The notes under the pieces were generated by a model that was given only the letters and a program-made list of their open reading frames with translations, searched no databases and was not told where the DNA came from. Source: Eledone cirrhosa (Eukaryota). From it: a DNA stretch of 64,000 nt. The stretch is taken from contig OZ024742.1 of the NCBI GenBank assembly GCA_964016885.1, positions 75,640,001 to 75,704,000 on the forward strand, written 5' to 3'. Shown here piece by piece: positions 1 to 12,254 of this stretch. Position 1 is the stretch's first letter; each line of letters begins with the position of its first letter. The position numbers and the translations under genes are program-made.

Positions 1-461
1 TGTTTCTGTTGTCGCGGTGGTGGTGGTGGTGGTGGTTGTCGCGGTGGTGGAGGTGGTGGAGGGTTTAACACCTGCAGGCATTGGTAATGGCGGGAAATGA
101 ATGTCTGCCTGAGACAAATTTAAAATATTGCTACTGCTTATATTTTTTTTTGTGTTGGCAAACGTAGTAACATTTACAATGGTGGTGTCGGTGTGAGGTG
201 TTATTTTGTGAGGAAGGCTTTCAGCTGCTTCGTGCAGAGGGGAATTAGCCATTTTTTTTCAAAGAAAATTTTGGATAATAATAAAAGTTAAAATTTTGGG
301 CACAAGGCCCCAATCTTTTTGGGTGTCCTTTTCGGAAAACAATGTATGTGTGCTTATAAACAGTTTACAATAAAATTTTCCATAAATGGCAATTTTTAAA
401 CAAACGGAAATAACAAAACTTTGCGGAGCTCACGATAATACGATTTCCTACGTAGGTCGCC
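1..461 (-). mobile_element. 5' end (5'UTR and ORF1 start) of a Tx1/L1-clade non-LTR retrotransposon, continuing off the left window edge
   Basis: Closely matches 6551-7008 and ends at the same terminus (CGTAGGTCGCC) abutting (AAT)n. Confidence 0.85.

Positions 462-506
<45 letters not shown>
462..506. repeat. (AAT)n microsatellite, insertion target
   Basis: Perfect AAT run between the Tx1 5' end and the SINE 3' end. Confidence 0.95.
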
Positions 507-691
507 TGTTTCTACTTTAGGCACAAGGCCAGCAATTATCCAGTGCATTACTGGTACTTTATTTTATCGACCCAGTAAGGATGAAAGGCAAAGTCAACCT
601 CGGCGGCATTTGAACTCAGATCGTAAAGGGACGTAACTATGCTGGAAAGCATGGCGTCCGACCCTCTACTGATACTGCCAATCCACTGCCC
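507..691 (-). mobile_element. tRNA-derived SINE (octopus-type)
   Basis: Minus strand shows an A-box-like TGGCAGTATCAGTAG, a B-box GAGTTCAAATGCC, a central GACTTTGCCTTTCATCC..GGGTCGATAAAATAAAGTACCAG and an (ATT)n tail; several homologues in the window. Confidence 0.85.
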
Positions 692-963
692 TAATATAAT
701 AATAATAATAATAATAATGTTTTCTTTATTAACCACACGGGTTTACATAAAGTAGACATTAAGAGCAGTACAGGACAATACAGGACGGTACAAATGGGCA
801 TTTCTGCGTGTAAAAATCACAGAGGATGTAATAAAAACAACAAAGAAAAATTCCCCAATAAGGGGGAGAACTCCGAGGGACATTTGTGAAGAAAGCCCAT
901 TTAAAGACCACAGTGACCCTGACCACCAGGGCAAGTGCTCTCTCCCAGTTTTCCACCTTTAAT

Positions 964-3900
964 TTACAGACACATACTCAGAGTAGGCCCATTCACTCGG
1001 GCCATACTTGCTTCTCTCACCCATCTTTCAACAAAATGCTGGGAAGAGAGCGCTTCCCTCTCTACCCTGATTTTTCTTTTCAAATGAAATTTGAAAAGGT
1101 TAATCAGGGCATCACCGAAGAGGTAAGTGCTCGTCTTCAGCCCTTTCAAACGTGTCCACCATACTATATCTTTCGCCATGGCCACCAGAGAGACAAAAAC
1201 TGCCTGCCCTTCCCGGCTAAAGGAAGAGGGCGGGGCAATCCTCACGATGGACTCAGCTGATAGCTGGATCCGTCCTACACGTGACAGCAGGTGTTCGACA
1301 TAAACCCACAAGTCAGCAATGCTCGGAAACTGGACGAGTGCGTGCAGGAGTGTTTCGTCGCCCTGCGCGCATCTCGGATATGCCCGGCTGACGGCACCTC
1401 CATGCCTGTAGAGTTTATCCCGAACTGGCAAATCCCCCCGGTAGCACTGCCAGGCCAGGGATTTCTGAAAGTTGTCCATAGGCCCCGGCCCGAAAGTCCT
1501 TCCGAATAGATTGGCTAGTTGATTTTCGTCGACGCCTAGAGTTCCCCAAGTACGTCGTCGCTCTTCACCTCCACTAATCCTCTATAGAACGCCAAGGTGG
1601 AGTTTCCACCGATCACATTGCCCGATTGGTCGAGGGCTGTGAGCGTCTGAAGACATTCCAGTCTTCAAGCGCTCCCTCTCGGTCTTCGCTTGACCCAGGA
1701 CTGCAGCTCCGTCAAGGAGACGAGCTGGGGAAAGACGTGTCTAGCAAACGGCGACCACACCTGATCACCGTCGAGGAAGAGGTGGAGATGTCGTAGCCTG
1801 AGCGCATGTCTGCGCATCATCAGCCACGGCATGCCTAGCCCTCCACGTAGCGGGTTTTGACAGCAGATGGACCGCCTGACCATCGGAGCGCGTCCCTTCC
1901 ACAAAGAGCGAAAGAGCAAACGCTGCAGCGCAGTTAAGCGGGGCTTAGGACAAGGTACGACGGTCAGGCGGTAGTAGATGACGGACGCGATGTACGCGTT
2001 AACCACCTCCGCTCGACCTTTCAGGGATAGCTTCCTCTCGGCCCATTTCTGGGTGAGAGAAGCGACCCTGCTCGTCACCTCGTCCCAGTTTTTGTCCGAA
2101 CCAGAACCCTAGCAATTTAACCGGTCCGTCCGTCCAGCGCCCGATGACGCTGTTGGACGGCATGGACCTGCCTCTCCAGGTGCCAAGCTGCAGGCCCACT
2201 GACTTTTCCTGGTTGATCATTGGTACTGTCACCGCTTCGTATTCTCTTAGTGTAGTGCCGATCGCCTCGATGTGTTTGGCGTTCGACACCACTACGCTGA
2301 CATCGTCCGCATATGCTGACACGGATCTTCCGCATCCTAGTTCGCGCGGGACCCCACTCAACGTCTCCAGTTTGTGAAGTAGTGGCTCGAGAGTCAATAC
2401 GTACAATAGGGACGAGAGGGGACATCCTTGGCGGACCGAGCGCATGATGTTGAACCGTTCCGAAAGGTGACCGTTCACTCTCACTACAGAGCAGATGTCG
2501 CCGTGCATGGCAGCGATCCAGCCTCTGAAGACGGGCCCAAAGCCAGCCGCCTTCAGGACTGCCGCTAGGTAACGATGGTCGAACCTATCGAAGGCTTTCG
2601 ACTGATCTAAATTGATCAAAGACTCACCCGTGCCAGGTTCCCTAGCTACCCTCTCTACGATGTATCGCATGAGATGGAGGTTGTCGTGGATGGATCTGTA
2701 GTGACCTACATTCCGCGGGCTCACATACATTCTCTGTGCGTGATTTGGCTCAGCTCAGCCAATCAGCGCCAGAGGAAGAGAATGTATCCCTACGCATTCT
2801 GAGGGAGAAATAGCCCACGAAGATTTGAGGAATAACTCTGGCAGCTTGACGATGCTAAGGTAAACACCACTTGTTCTTTTGCTCCGTAAGCACAAACAAT
2901 ATGTAACGACACAATAATTTTACTACGGACCTGGCCAAACGCCTCAGCCAGTCGACCGTATTTTCTCTTGTAATCTTAATTGAATTATTTCATTATTCTT
3001 GGCATGCCAACTTAATTCACTGCTTAACCTTTGTTAATAAATTATGTAAAAACAAGCTAAAGTCGTTGTCGATATTCCTATCATATCTTTCTACCAAAGA
3101 TGGTTCCTCGTGGCAACATTACAACTTCTAAACATAACTCACTGCTAAATATCTGTCGGGAATGGCGCATGTCTGCGCCTCTCCCACCAGGCCACCAACG
3201 ACAAGCGCTAACCTCTTTGCTAGCACCTTGGCCAAAATCTTGAACTCTGTGTTTAGCAGAGTTATGGGCCTAAAATTATCTATGTTATCCCCCTTGTTCG
3301 GATCCTTTCTCAGCAGCGCCACCGCTCCACGGCTCACAGAGCTTGGAATTCTCCCGTTCTGTTGCCAGTTGCAGTAGACGTCCGCCAAGAGGCCTCCGAA
3401 CAAGTCTGGCATTTGTACGTAAAGTTCATAGGGCAGACAATACAAACCAGGCGATTTACCCCTTGTGCAGCCAGTCATGGCCTCCCGTACTTCAGCGGCT
3501 GTTATCGGCTTTTTGCAACACTCCGCCTCAGTGGCCGAGAGCCGCGGCAGTCCGTCGAGGTAGACACTATAGTCCATCCCTCGATCCGGCCCGCCGCTGC
3601 CCCCGAACAGCTGTGCGAAGTGTCGCTGAAAAGCTTCACACATTTGCCCGCGATCGAGTAGCATGCGCCCGTCGTGGTCCACCAAAGACCGGATTGTGGC
3701 TTTGTTGCCACGACGCGCCTCCGCCACTCGGACCCATTGAACGGCTTTCGTTCCCTCGTGTCTGAGAGCACGCACTCTAGCTTTGACAACGCAGCCTTCG
3801 TGCTTTGCATAGAAGAATTGGTCAAGGGCCAATTTCGCCCAGTACGTCGGCCGCGATGCCTTTGCTAAGCACCTCGTCTAATTTTCTAACTAATTCTCCC

Positions 3901-4820
3901 TCTGCTCTATTTTTCTCTATTACTAAAGCCTTACTAAACCTAATGGTCTCTATTCTAATTGCTCTTTTCAGAGCAAACCACCACTTGTTGTTGACGATGG
4001 TCCCCGTGAACGCACGCTTAACTAGTTCGCTAAACCGGTCTCTGTAAGCCTTGCGCGCTGGTAAGGACGCGTTTAGCATCCAGTAGCCTGGTCCTCGTCT
4101 ATGAAGCCTATCTAAGTCAAGCACACAGATCACGAATTTGTGGTCCGTGTATCTGACTATCTTGAATTGTGGACAGCCTATGCTAGACCTATCTATTTTT
4201 TCTACAAAATACTCTATCTAGATATGATCTGGATGACCCGATACGATTTGTCCAAGTCCACATTGGCACATTCGGGAAATCCAATCGGTATCTGTCAGAC
4301 AGTTCAAAACGCCCGAGAAGGTTGGTGAGACTCTTGCACCCTCCTTCCCTATCCACTAATCCCACACAATCCCAGCGTGCATCTAAGATTCCGTTCCAGT
4401 CGCCCACTAACACTAAAGAGCGGGACGTTCCAAGAAAGGTCTCCAGTCGTCGGAAGAAATCAGGCCGCTCTGCTCCTGTCGGGGCATAGACGGCCACTAA
4501 CATGAAAGCTTGCCCGTCTCTGCTGGTCACATCCAGCATCACCAACTTACCTTCTGGGTCCAAGAAGATGGCCCGTATGGCAAGATCCAAACCTCTCGGA
4601 AAAAGCACAGCAACTCCTCCCCCCAATCCCGGACGGCTGAGAGATGCGTACACATCGTAGCCGCCGAAGGTCGGTGCGAAGGCCCGTGCTTCGCAGAACT
4701 GGTCTCGCTGATGGCCACTATATCTATGTTTAGTGACCTGAGATCGTTGAGCGAGTGGCCCTGCTTCCATGACGACCCCAAGCCACGTACATTTATGCTG
4801 CCTATTCAGTGTGAGGTCAT
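964..4820 (-). pseudogene. Tx1 ORF2 (APE endonuclease + reverse transcriptase + C-terminal Zn-finger-like motif), frameshifted and interrupted
   Basis: Motifs IGSINVRGL, VAISET, VAVYAP, LVGDWN, SYLDRV, GPGYWMLN, NFRPITLLNTEFKILAK, LDQSKAFDR, RQGCPLSSLLY, SAYADD, RCAQGDETLLHAL spread over ORFs 4189-4854, 3822-4133, 3128-3832, 1999-2730, 1665-2078 and 964-1479. Confidence 0.92.
2700..3150. mobile_element. ~450-bp secondary insertion into the Tx1 RT (solo-LTR-like)
   Basis: Splits the peptide QTCAIPDR|SIHDNL; ATCTGT duplicated at 2694-2699 and 3151-3156; TGTAGTG (2697) and CATTACA (3123) resemble LTR termini; internal CCAAT and AATAAA. Confidence 0.6.
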
Positions 4821-4930
4821 GTTGAAATGGAGTGGAAAAGATGGGAAAGACCACTTACCTTACTTCTCGTAGAGGAAGGACGGTTTTTCCATCCTTTTCA
4901 CTGCTTCTGGCCTCCTCAGGAAGAATGTCC

Positions 4931-6795
4931 TTATAAATCCTCCTGGAGAGTGCTTGTCGGAAGTCTCTGATGTCTTTGGGGAATTTTTATTTTAGTGTCA
5001 CGTACGTTTTCTGTGTGATGTGAGTGATTTATATGTGTGGAGGTGGTGTGAACTTTTGGGTTGTTGTGTAGTCTTTTTCTGTGATGCTGGTGTTGGATGT
5101 AGTGTAATAATTGGTTGTTGTTCAAATTTAATGCTGTGTAGTGTGTATTCTTTTGGTTGTTTTGTTTTGTTTGCGTTTGTTGTGGGTTTGTTTCTGTTTC
5201 GCATTTTGGTGACCCTAGTGGTGTAGGTGATAGTGATTTTGGTGTTAATGATGGTGATGGTGTTGGTGTTTGGGGTGATGGGGTTGGTGATGTTGGTGTG
5301 GATGGTGGCATGCCTGTCCTAACTTTTTTGTTTGATAGTTTATTTGTTTCCCTCTGTATTTTGTTTTTGGAGAGAATTTTTTCTTTTTTGGTTTCTTTTT
5401 TTCTTTTTTCCTGATACCGTTTCACACTCCTCGTCGTCACAATCTGTCTCCAGTTGTGATAGGCCGGGGAGTGGAAAATCCTCCACAGGCGTTGGTTTTG
5501 GTTGTAACGTGGTGGATGGTGTAGGCGCTGGTGCTAGATCTGGCGCGTTGGGTGGTGCTTATGTTGGTTTTGCTACTGTTGCTGGGGTTGTTGCTGTTAC
5601 GGTTGCTTCTGTTGTTGCTGCTACAGTTGTTGCTGCCATCTCTGCTGCTGGTGGTGTTGATGGTTGAGTCAATGGGGTGGCTAGGAGAGGTGGTCATCCT
5701 TTTAGCCTGAGAGCAGAAAGCCCTTAGGTGGGTTCCTTCACCACAAGCGACACACCTAAACCTTCTGCCCTCGACAATTACGGTGAGGTGGCTGCCGTCA
5801 GTGAGGTCTATTACCTCTGGGATCTCCTCAATGCTTTTTTGGTCCGCTTGGATCAGTAGCTCCATCCCAGATCCGGACCAGTACTCCTGCTTTTCTTTCG
5901 CTATTTCTATTATCTTGGTGTTGGCTTCGATGCCGGCGAGGACGGCAGCTATTAGACAGGGAATTTCGATGGCCGGTGGAACGTGTGTGACCCTGATCTT
6001 TACGAGTATCTGGCCACAATAGCTTGTGACGAGTGTGAAGTCGTCACTTCTTAATGGGGCCATGGAGTGTTCTCTAGCCTCCTGTGGTGTTTCAAAGAAC
6101 ACGTCCACGGTTCCATACTTCTGCCCACGTCTGATGTGGTTTTTTTTTTGCCCACACATGTCCCAAAGCTTTTGGGATTTGGGACTCGGATGCCCGTTCC
6201 ACTCGGCGCGATTTTATATTAATTGTTCGATAAGACACGGTGCATAGGCGCCGATGCTCCATTTTATTAGGTGGCGGTTGAGGCTGACCATGTACCCATC
6301 TTTCTTTACCATTTTTTTGGCTTCTTCTAATTCCTCCTGGGTTACCTGAAATGCTTCGCACTGTTTTGCTACTCTGGCAAAACTCAGGGTGGTTGTCTTA
6401 ATGTCATTGTTGCAGTTGTTTTTATCGTTATTTTTGTTATTATTAATTTTAGTTTCAGTTGTGGTTGTGGTGGCGTCAGTGGTGTTCGGTGTAGAAGAGT
6501 TCATTTTGGTTGAATTCATTTCGATATCACGAGTTAATTAATTTTTTTTTTGTTTCTGTTGTCGCGGTGTGGTTGAGGTGGTGGTTGTTGCGGTTGTGGT
6601 GGTGGTGGCGGCTTTAACACCTGCAGTCATTGGTAATGGCGGCAAATGAATGTCTGCCTGAGACAAATTTAAAATATTGCTACTGCTTATATTTTTAGTG
6701 TTGGCAAACGTAGTAATATTTACAATGGTGGTGTCGGTGTGAGGTGTTAGTTTGTGAGGAAGACTGTCAGCTTCGTGTGGCTGTGAGACTTCCAT
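4931..6795 (-). pseudogene. Tx1 ORF1 (gag-like nucleic-acid-binding protein), frameshifted
   Basis: Fragments 6538-6795, 6214-6519, 5437-6159 and 4931-5440; SFARVAK motif, TVIVEGRRFRCVACGEGTHLRAFC (CX2CX4HX4C) knuckle, Thr/Pro/Lys-rich tail. Confidence 0.8.
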
Positions 6796-7008
6796 GTTTT
6801 TTTCAAAGAAAGTTTTTTTTGATAATTATAAAATTTTAAATTTTGGGCTCAAGGCCCCAATCTTTTTGAGTGTCCTTTTCGGAAAACAATGTATATGCAC
6901 TTATATACAGTTAACAATAAAATTTTCCATAAATGGCAATTTCAAAACAAACGAAAACAACAAACCTTTGCGGAGCTCACGATGATACGATTTACTACGT
7001 AGGTCGCC

Positions 7009-7060
<52 letters not shown>
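7009..7060. repeat. (AAT)n microsatellite between head-to-head Tx1 and R4/Dong elements
   Basis: Perfect AAT run. Confidence 0.95.
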
Positions 7061-7065
<5 letters not shown>

Positions 7066-8406
7066 GATATGATGATAAAGGAAATTGACTCTGAGGAAGG
7101 ATACAAGTATTTGGGCGTTCTGGAGGCTGATGGCATAAAGAACAAAAAAATGAACGAATTGTTAAGAACTGAATACATTCGGAGAGTAAGGAGCGTATTG
7201 AAGTCACATCTGAACAGCAGAAATGCCATAAGCGCAGTAAATTCCCGAGCTGTGTCTATTATTAGGTACAGTGCGGGAATTCTGAGATGGAATGTTGCTG
7301 AACAAAAAGAAATGGATAGGAAGACTAGGAAGCTATTGACTATCTACAACATGTTCCACAAGAGGAGTGATGTCGATAGACTCTACCTAAGGAGATCTGA
7401 GGGTGGAAGAGGTCTTATCAGCATAGAGGACTGTGTTCAGATGGAGAAAAACAACCTATACAAATACGTGACCTATAGTAAGGAGCCAATGCTCAGAGCT
7501 GTACTGAAGGAGGGGACAGTAGGCCAGAGGATATCCAAGGAGGAAATAACATCAAGGAGGAAGAGCAGCCGTAAGGGAAAATCCCTTCATAGTACCTTCT
7601 TTGAGAAAACTGAATTTAGAGATCCACAGACATGGAACTGGTTGAGAAGAGGAGACCTCAAAAAGGCTACAGAAGGAATGCTAATGGCTGCGCAGGAGCA
7701 GGCCCTCAAAACGAGGTGGTTGAAGCACCATATCTACAAGGAGGAGGCTAGCCCACTGTGCAGGATCTGTGGAGAGAGAGAGGAGACTGTGGCTCACATT
7801 GTGTCCGAGTGTAAACACCTAGCCCAGACCCACTATAAGGGCTGGAGACACGATGTGATGGGCAGGGTGATCCACTGGCACCTGTGCAAAGTAAACAATC
7901 TACCACATTTTGAGAAATGGTATGAGCATAGGCCAGAGGCGGTGATGGAGAACAGTCAGGTGAAGGTGCTGTGGGATTTTACGATACAGACGGACAAAAA
8001 ACTGGAACACAATAGACCTGACCTGGTGGTTGTGGACAAAGAAAAAAGATCGTGCCTGATTGTGGATGTGGCCTGCCCGTTCGACACGAGAGTGCAAGAG
8101 AAGGAGAGGGAGAAAATTAACCGATACCAGGACCTAAAGTGGGAGGTGAAAAGGATTTGGAACTGCCATGAAGTCAAAGTGATCCCGATTGTCATAGGCG
8201 CACTGGGGACTATCTCCAAAGGTTTCCAGGGATGGTTAAAGAAAATCGGCCCCTTCACGCTTTTTGGAACGTTTCAAAAGGCATGCTTGCTTGGAACGGC
8301 AAGAACCCTCCGATACGTCCTGAATATCTGAGGCTGCAGGTAGTGGCTTGATATTCAATCCAACGGACTTTCCAGTTAACCAACATCAATGACTGAGATT
8401 CAAGGA
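7061..8406 (+). mobile_element. 5'-truncated R4/Dong-clade (RLE) non-LTR retrotransposon
   Basis: RT thumb, CCHC finger and PD-(D/E)xK restriction-like endonuclease; ~75-bp 3'UTR running into (AAT)n. Confidence 0.9.
7069..8331 (+). CDS. C-terminal ~420 aa of an R4/Dong polyprotein (RT thumb, CCHC finger, restriction-like endonuclease)
   Basis: Uninterrupted frame with YKYLG, RLYLRRSEGGRGL, CRICGEREETVAHIVSEC, RHD, RPDLVVVDKEKRSCLIVDVACPFD, EKINRYQDL, IPIVIGALG. Confidence 0.88.
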   Translation: MMIKEIDSEEGYKYLGVLEADGIKNKKMNELLRTEYIRRVRSVLKSHLNSRNAISAVNSRAVSIIRYSAGILRWNVAEQKEMDRKTRKLLTIYNMFHKRSDVDRLYLRRSEGGRGLISIEDCVQMEKNNLYKYVTYSKEPMLRAVLKEGTVGQRISKEEITSRRKSSRKGKSLHSTFFEKTEFRDPQTWNWLRRGDLKKATEGMLMAAQEQALKTRWLKHHIYKEEASPLCRICGEREETVAHIVSECKHLAQTHYKGWRHDVMGRVIHWHLCKVNNLPHFEKWYEHRPEAVMENSQVKVLWDFTIQTDKKLEHNRPDLVVVDKEKRSCLIVDVACPFDTRVQEKEREKINRYQDLKWEVKRIWNCHEVKVIPIVIGALGTISKGFQGWLKKIGPFTLFGTFQKACLLGTARTLRYVLNI

Positions 8407-8417
8407 ATAACAATAAC

Positions 8418-8450
<33 letters not shown>

Positions 8451-8451
<1 letters not shown>

Positions 8452-9236
8452 CTTTCTTTATTAACCACAAGGGTTTACATAAAGTAGACATTGCAGGACA
8501 ATACAGGACGGTACAAATGGGCATTTCTGCGTGCAAAAAACAAAAACAGAGGATGTAACACAAAAATAACAATGAAAAATTCCCCAATAGGGGAGAGACT
8601 TCGTAGGGAAAATTGTGGAGAGAGCCCAGTAAAAGGCCTCAGTGATCCTGACCACCAAGGCAAGTGCCCTCTCCCAGTTTTCCACCTTTAATTTACAGAC
8701 ACACACTCAGAGAAGGCCCATTCACTCGGGTCATTCTTGCTTCTCTCACCCATCTTTCAAGAAAATGCTGGGAAGAGAGCACTTCCTTCTCTACTCTGAT
8801 TTTCCTTTTCAAATGAAATTTGAAAAAGTCAATCAGGGCATCACCGAAGAGGTAAGTGCTCGTCTTCAGCCATTTCAAACGTGTCCACCATACTATCTCT
8901 TTCGCTATGGCCACCAGACAGATAAAAACTGCCTGCCCTTCCCGGCTAAAGGAAGAGGGCGGTGAAATCCTCACGATGGACTCAGATGATAGCCGGATCC
9001 GTCCTACACGCGACAGCAGGTGTTCGACATAAACCCACAAGTCAGTAATTTTCGGACACTGGACGAGTGCGTGCAGGACCGTTTCGTCACCCTGCGCGCA
9101 TCTCGGACATGCCCGATGACGGCACCTCCATGCCTGTAGAGTTTATCCCGAACTGGCAAGTCTCCTCGGTAGCACTGCCAGGCCAGAGATTTCTGAAAGC
9201 TGTCCATAGGCCCCGGCCCGAAAGTTCTTCCGAATA
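8451..9236 (-). mobile_element. 5'-truncated Tx1 copy (ORF2 C-terminus + 3'UTR)
   Basis: Homologous to 719-1507; flanked by (AAT)n; the 5' junction shares AATA microhomology with the target. Confidence 0.9.
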
Positions 9237-9268
9237 ATAATAATAATAATAATATTAATAATAATAAT

Positions 9269-9388
9269 GCTTTCTTTATTAACTACAAGGATTTAAATAA
9301 AGTAGACATTAAGGACAGTACAGGACAATACTGGACGGTACAAATGGGCATTTCTGCGTGTAAAAAACAAACAGAGGATGTAATAAAA
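9269..9388 (-). mobile_element. Very short 5'-truncated Tx1 3'UTR copy
   Basis: Matches the last ~120 bp of the Tx1 3'UTR; in (AAT)n. Confidence 0.85.
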
Positions 9389-9429
9389 AAATATTAATAA
9401 TAATAATAATAATAGTAATACTAAAAAGC

Positions 9430-10113
9430 AGAAGCAGGTGTGTGAAACACCATATTAACAAGGAGGAGGCTAGCCCACTGTGTAGGATCTGTGGAGCGAG
9501 AGAGGAGAGTGTGGCTCACATTGTATCCGAGTGTAAACACCTAGCCCAGACTCCCTATAAAGACTGGAGACATGATGTGATAGGCAGTGTGATCCACTGG
9601 CATCTATGCAAAGTAAACAATTTACCACATTCTGAGAAGTGGTATGAGCATAAGCCAGAGTCGTTGATAGAAAACGATCAGGTGAAGGTGCTGTGGGATT
9701 TTAGGATACAGACGGACAAGAATTTAGGCCTGACCAGGTGGTTTTGGACAAGGAAAAAAGATCGTGCCTGATTGTAGATGTAGCCTGCTCATTTGACACG
9801 AGAGTTCAAGAAAAGGAGAGGGAGATAATTAACCGATACCAGGATTTAAAATGGTTGAAAAGTATTTGGAACTGCCATGAAAACAAGGTCGTCCCGATTG
9901 TCATAGGCGCACTAGGTACTATCTCATAGAGTTTCCAAGGATGGTTAAATAAGATTGGTCCAGCCCCGCTTATTGAACACTTCAAGAGGCATACTTGATG
10001 GAACAGCAGGAACCCTCCGAAACATCATGAATGTCTGAGGCTGCTGGTAGCGGCTTGTTATTCATTTCAACAAACTTTTCAGTTAACTAACATCAATGAC
10101 TGAGACTCAAAGA
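9430..10113 (+). mobile_element. Second, decayed 5'-truncated R4/Dong copy
   Basis: Homologous to ~7710-8406 (CRICGAREESVAHIVSEC, VPIVIGALG) with frameshift and stop; ends in (AAT)n. Confidence 0.88.
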
Positions 10114-10159
10114 ACAATAATAATAATAATAATAATTATTATTATTATTATTATAATTA

Positions 10160-10585
10160 TTGACTGCGAGATATTTGTTCCAACTATTTCTGTGCTGGGT
10201 TTAAATCCCAGTGAAACCATCGTTGCCTTTCAAAACCTCCCCTGTCAGTAAAATAAATTGCCGGCAATTAATTGGGTTGATATATTCAACTTAGCCTCCT
10301 CACAAATTGCTGGCCTTGTGCCTAATTTAGTCATCATTATCATTGGTGTTGGGTGGTGGATTAGCAGTATCGGTAGAGCGTCGGACAACACGCTTTTGCG
10401 ACAAGGTTACGGCCCTTTATGTCCTAGTTTCAAATCTTGCCATATTTCAAATCTTGCCATGGTTAGCTTTGCATTTCATCCTTACGCAGTCGATAAAATA
10501 ATGAACCACTAATGCACTTAGGTCGATTTAATTGACTTTCACCTCCTCCAAAATTATTGGCATTTTGCTTAAATCAGAAACCACC
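10160..10585 (+). mobile_element. Two tandem diverged SINE copies (~10160-10335 and ~10351-10585)
   Basis: B-box-like GTTCAAAT, CTTTGCATTTCATCC..GTCGATAAAATA core and AATTGCTGGCCTTGTGCC tail shared with 507-691. Confidence 0.7.
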
Positions 10586-12254
10586 ATAATTTCTGTTGTT
10601 ACCATCATCATCATCATCCCTATCATTACTATCATCACACTACCATCATGTAAAGAAATAAATATAATAATCTATTATAAAATTTACTTTAAAGAAAACA
10701 TATGTATGGCTTTTAACTTTAGTTACACACTGTTCTTCTCGATTATTGTGCTTGTTTATTGAGGAATGTGTGAATATTAGGCTATCACTAATTTTTAACT
10801 AACGTTTTTGTGACAGTTACAAGATCTTTTACTGGCCGAATAATGCAAAAACTATTTAACAAAAAATCAAAAAGAAAAAAAAAACACTACTTTGAGAATT
10901 GTTGACAAGGTATCGGCAGATAGAAGTGCAAACGTATGTCAAGACTTCCATGTAAAAGCACCTCATGTCAAATTATAAGTACTATTGATTTTAGAATAGC
11001 ATATGAGCTTAATAGAAATAAGCTTACCATCGAGAATATGTGTTTTGTATATGTAGATAGATATTGGCGCAGAAAAGCAAAGTAATATGCTCAAGAAATT
11101 GATTCATTTTGCTTTTATCACCTGTCTACATGCAACATTGATTATTTTTTCACAAGAAAGATGGCATACAATTTTTTGTTATGGAAGAAGCATTGTTGTT
11201 GCACTGTTTGTAATGAAAATATTGTTACCTTATTTGAAAGATTTTCACAGAGAATATAGGCAAAAACACACCTGCAAAATATTTCAATTCAAAAAATTGT
11301 AAATCCCAATACTAAAACATAAACTCCAGACCAAAAATTATTTGTGGCACTTTTCAACATTGCAATTATCTCAAGGTGGCCAAAACAATAAAGAATCTTG
11401 GTACGTTTTTTATGTCCACAATTTCAAATCTTAACCGACTCAACAAAATCATTTATCTTGTATCTGTAGAAGCACTTGGCTAAGTCTTAGGAAAACAAAT
11501 ACCTTTGTTAGCAGGTTAGTCAAACTTATTTTAAAATCGTAAATTTTGTCAGTAAAAGATGTTTATATTAAACATTTTGTTGGTCAAATAAGAGCAATGT
11601 TTTTGTATATTATATTTTGTTTATTGTGCAGACTTTATTGTGTTAGAAAGTATTTATAGTATGTTAAGTTTTAGAGTTAATTTAGGGCTTAACAAAAGTT
11701 TATTATAAAATGTATGTATGGCGTTAGCGAGTTGGATAAAGATGTTTGAGGCATCTAATTTCATCTCATTAAGTTTTGAGTATAAATCACGTTGAGGTCA
11801 GCTCTACCTTTTGGCTTAAACTGTTAACCCTGTGTCTAAACAAGAAAACCCTAATAAAGTAGGCTGAGAAATCATTGGAATTGCAAAGAGTAAAAAGTAA
11901 TGTAACATCATTAACTTTACTTGATACAAATGTTACAGGTGTTTCACAAATTATTTCCTGCGAAAAATATATAGAAAGCAAAGTTGGCTAGAAAAAAAAA
12001 ATATTTGAAAAATAGATGAACACTACAATACTGCATAACTTATATAGAGCTGTGTAAAAATCAGGAAAAAAAAGCGACTAATCGAACAATACTGAAGTGA
12101 TTGAGCATAGTTTATATTTCAAAGTTTACTTCTTTGTTTTTTCTGTACAAATTGCAATCAGATTCCTAACCCTGAGTATTTATTTTATTTTATTTTAAAA
12201 TGTAACACGGTTAAAGGAAGGAGCTAGATTTCACCACAGAAACAGTAATGATTT

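Larger units (their letters stand above)
719..7008 (-). mobile_element. Near full-length, decayed Tx1/L1-clade non-LTR retrotransposon flanked by (AAT)n on both sides
   Basis: ORF1 with a Zn-knuckle-like motif, APE endonuclease, RT and C-terminal Cys/His motif in the expected order; 3'UTR ends AATAAAGAAAAC then (ATT)n. Confidence 0.93.

Noticed and set aside
600-691. tRNA gene suggested by A/B boxes
   Set aside because: No cloverleaf; it is the head of a multi-copy SINE
886-6247. Plus-strand ORFs overlapping the Tx1 element
   Set aside because: Antisense shadows of GC-rich Tx1 coding sequence with no recognisable motifs
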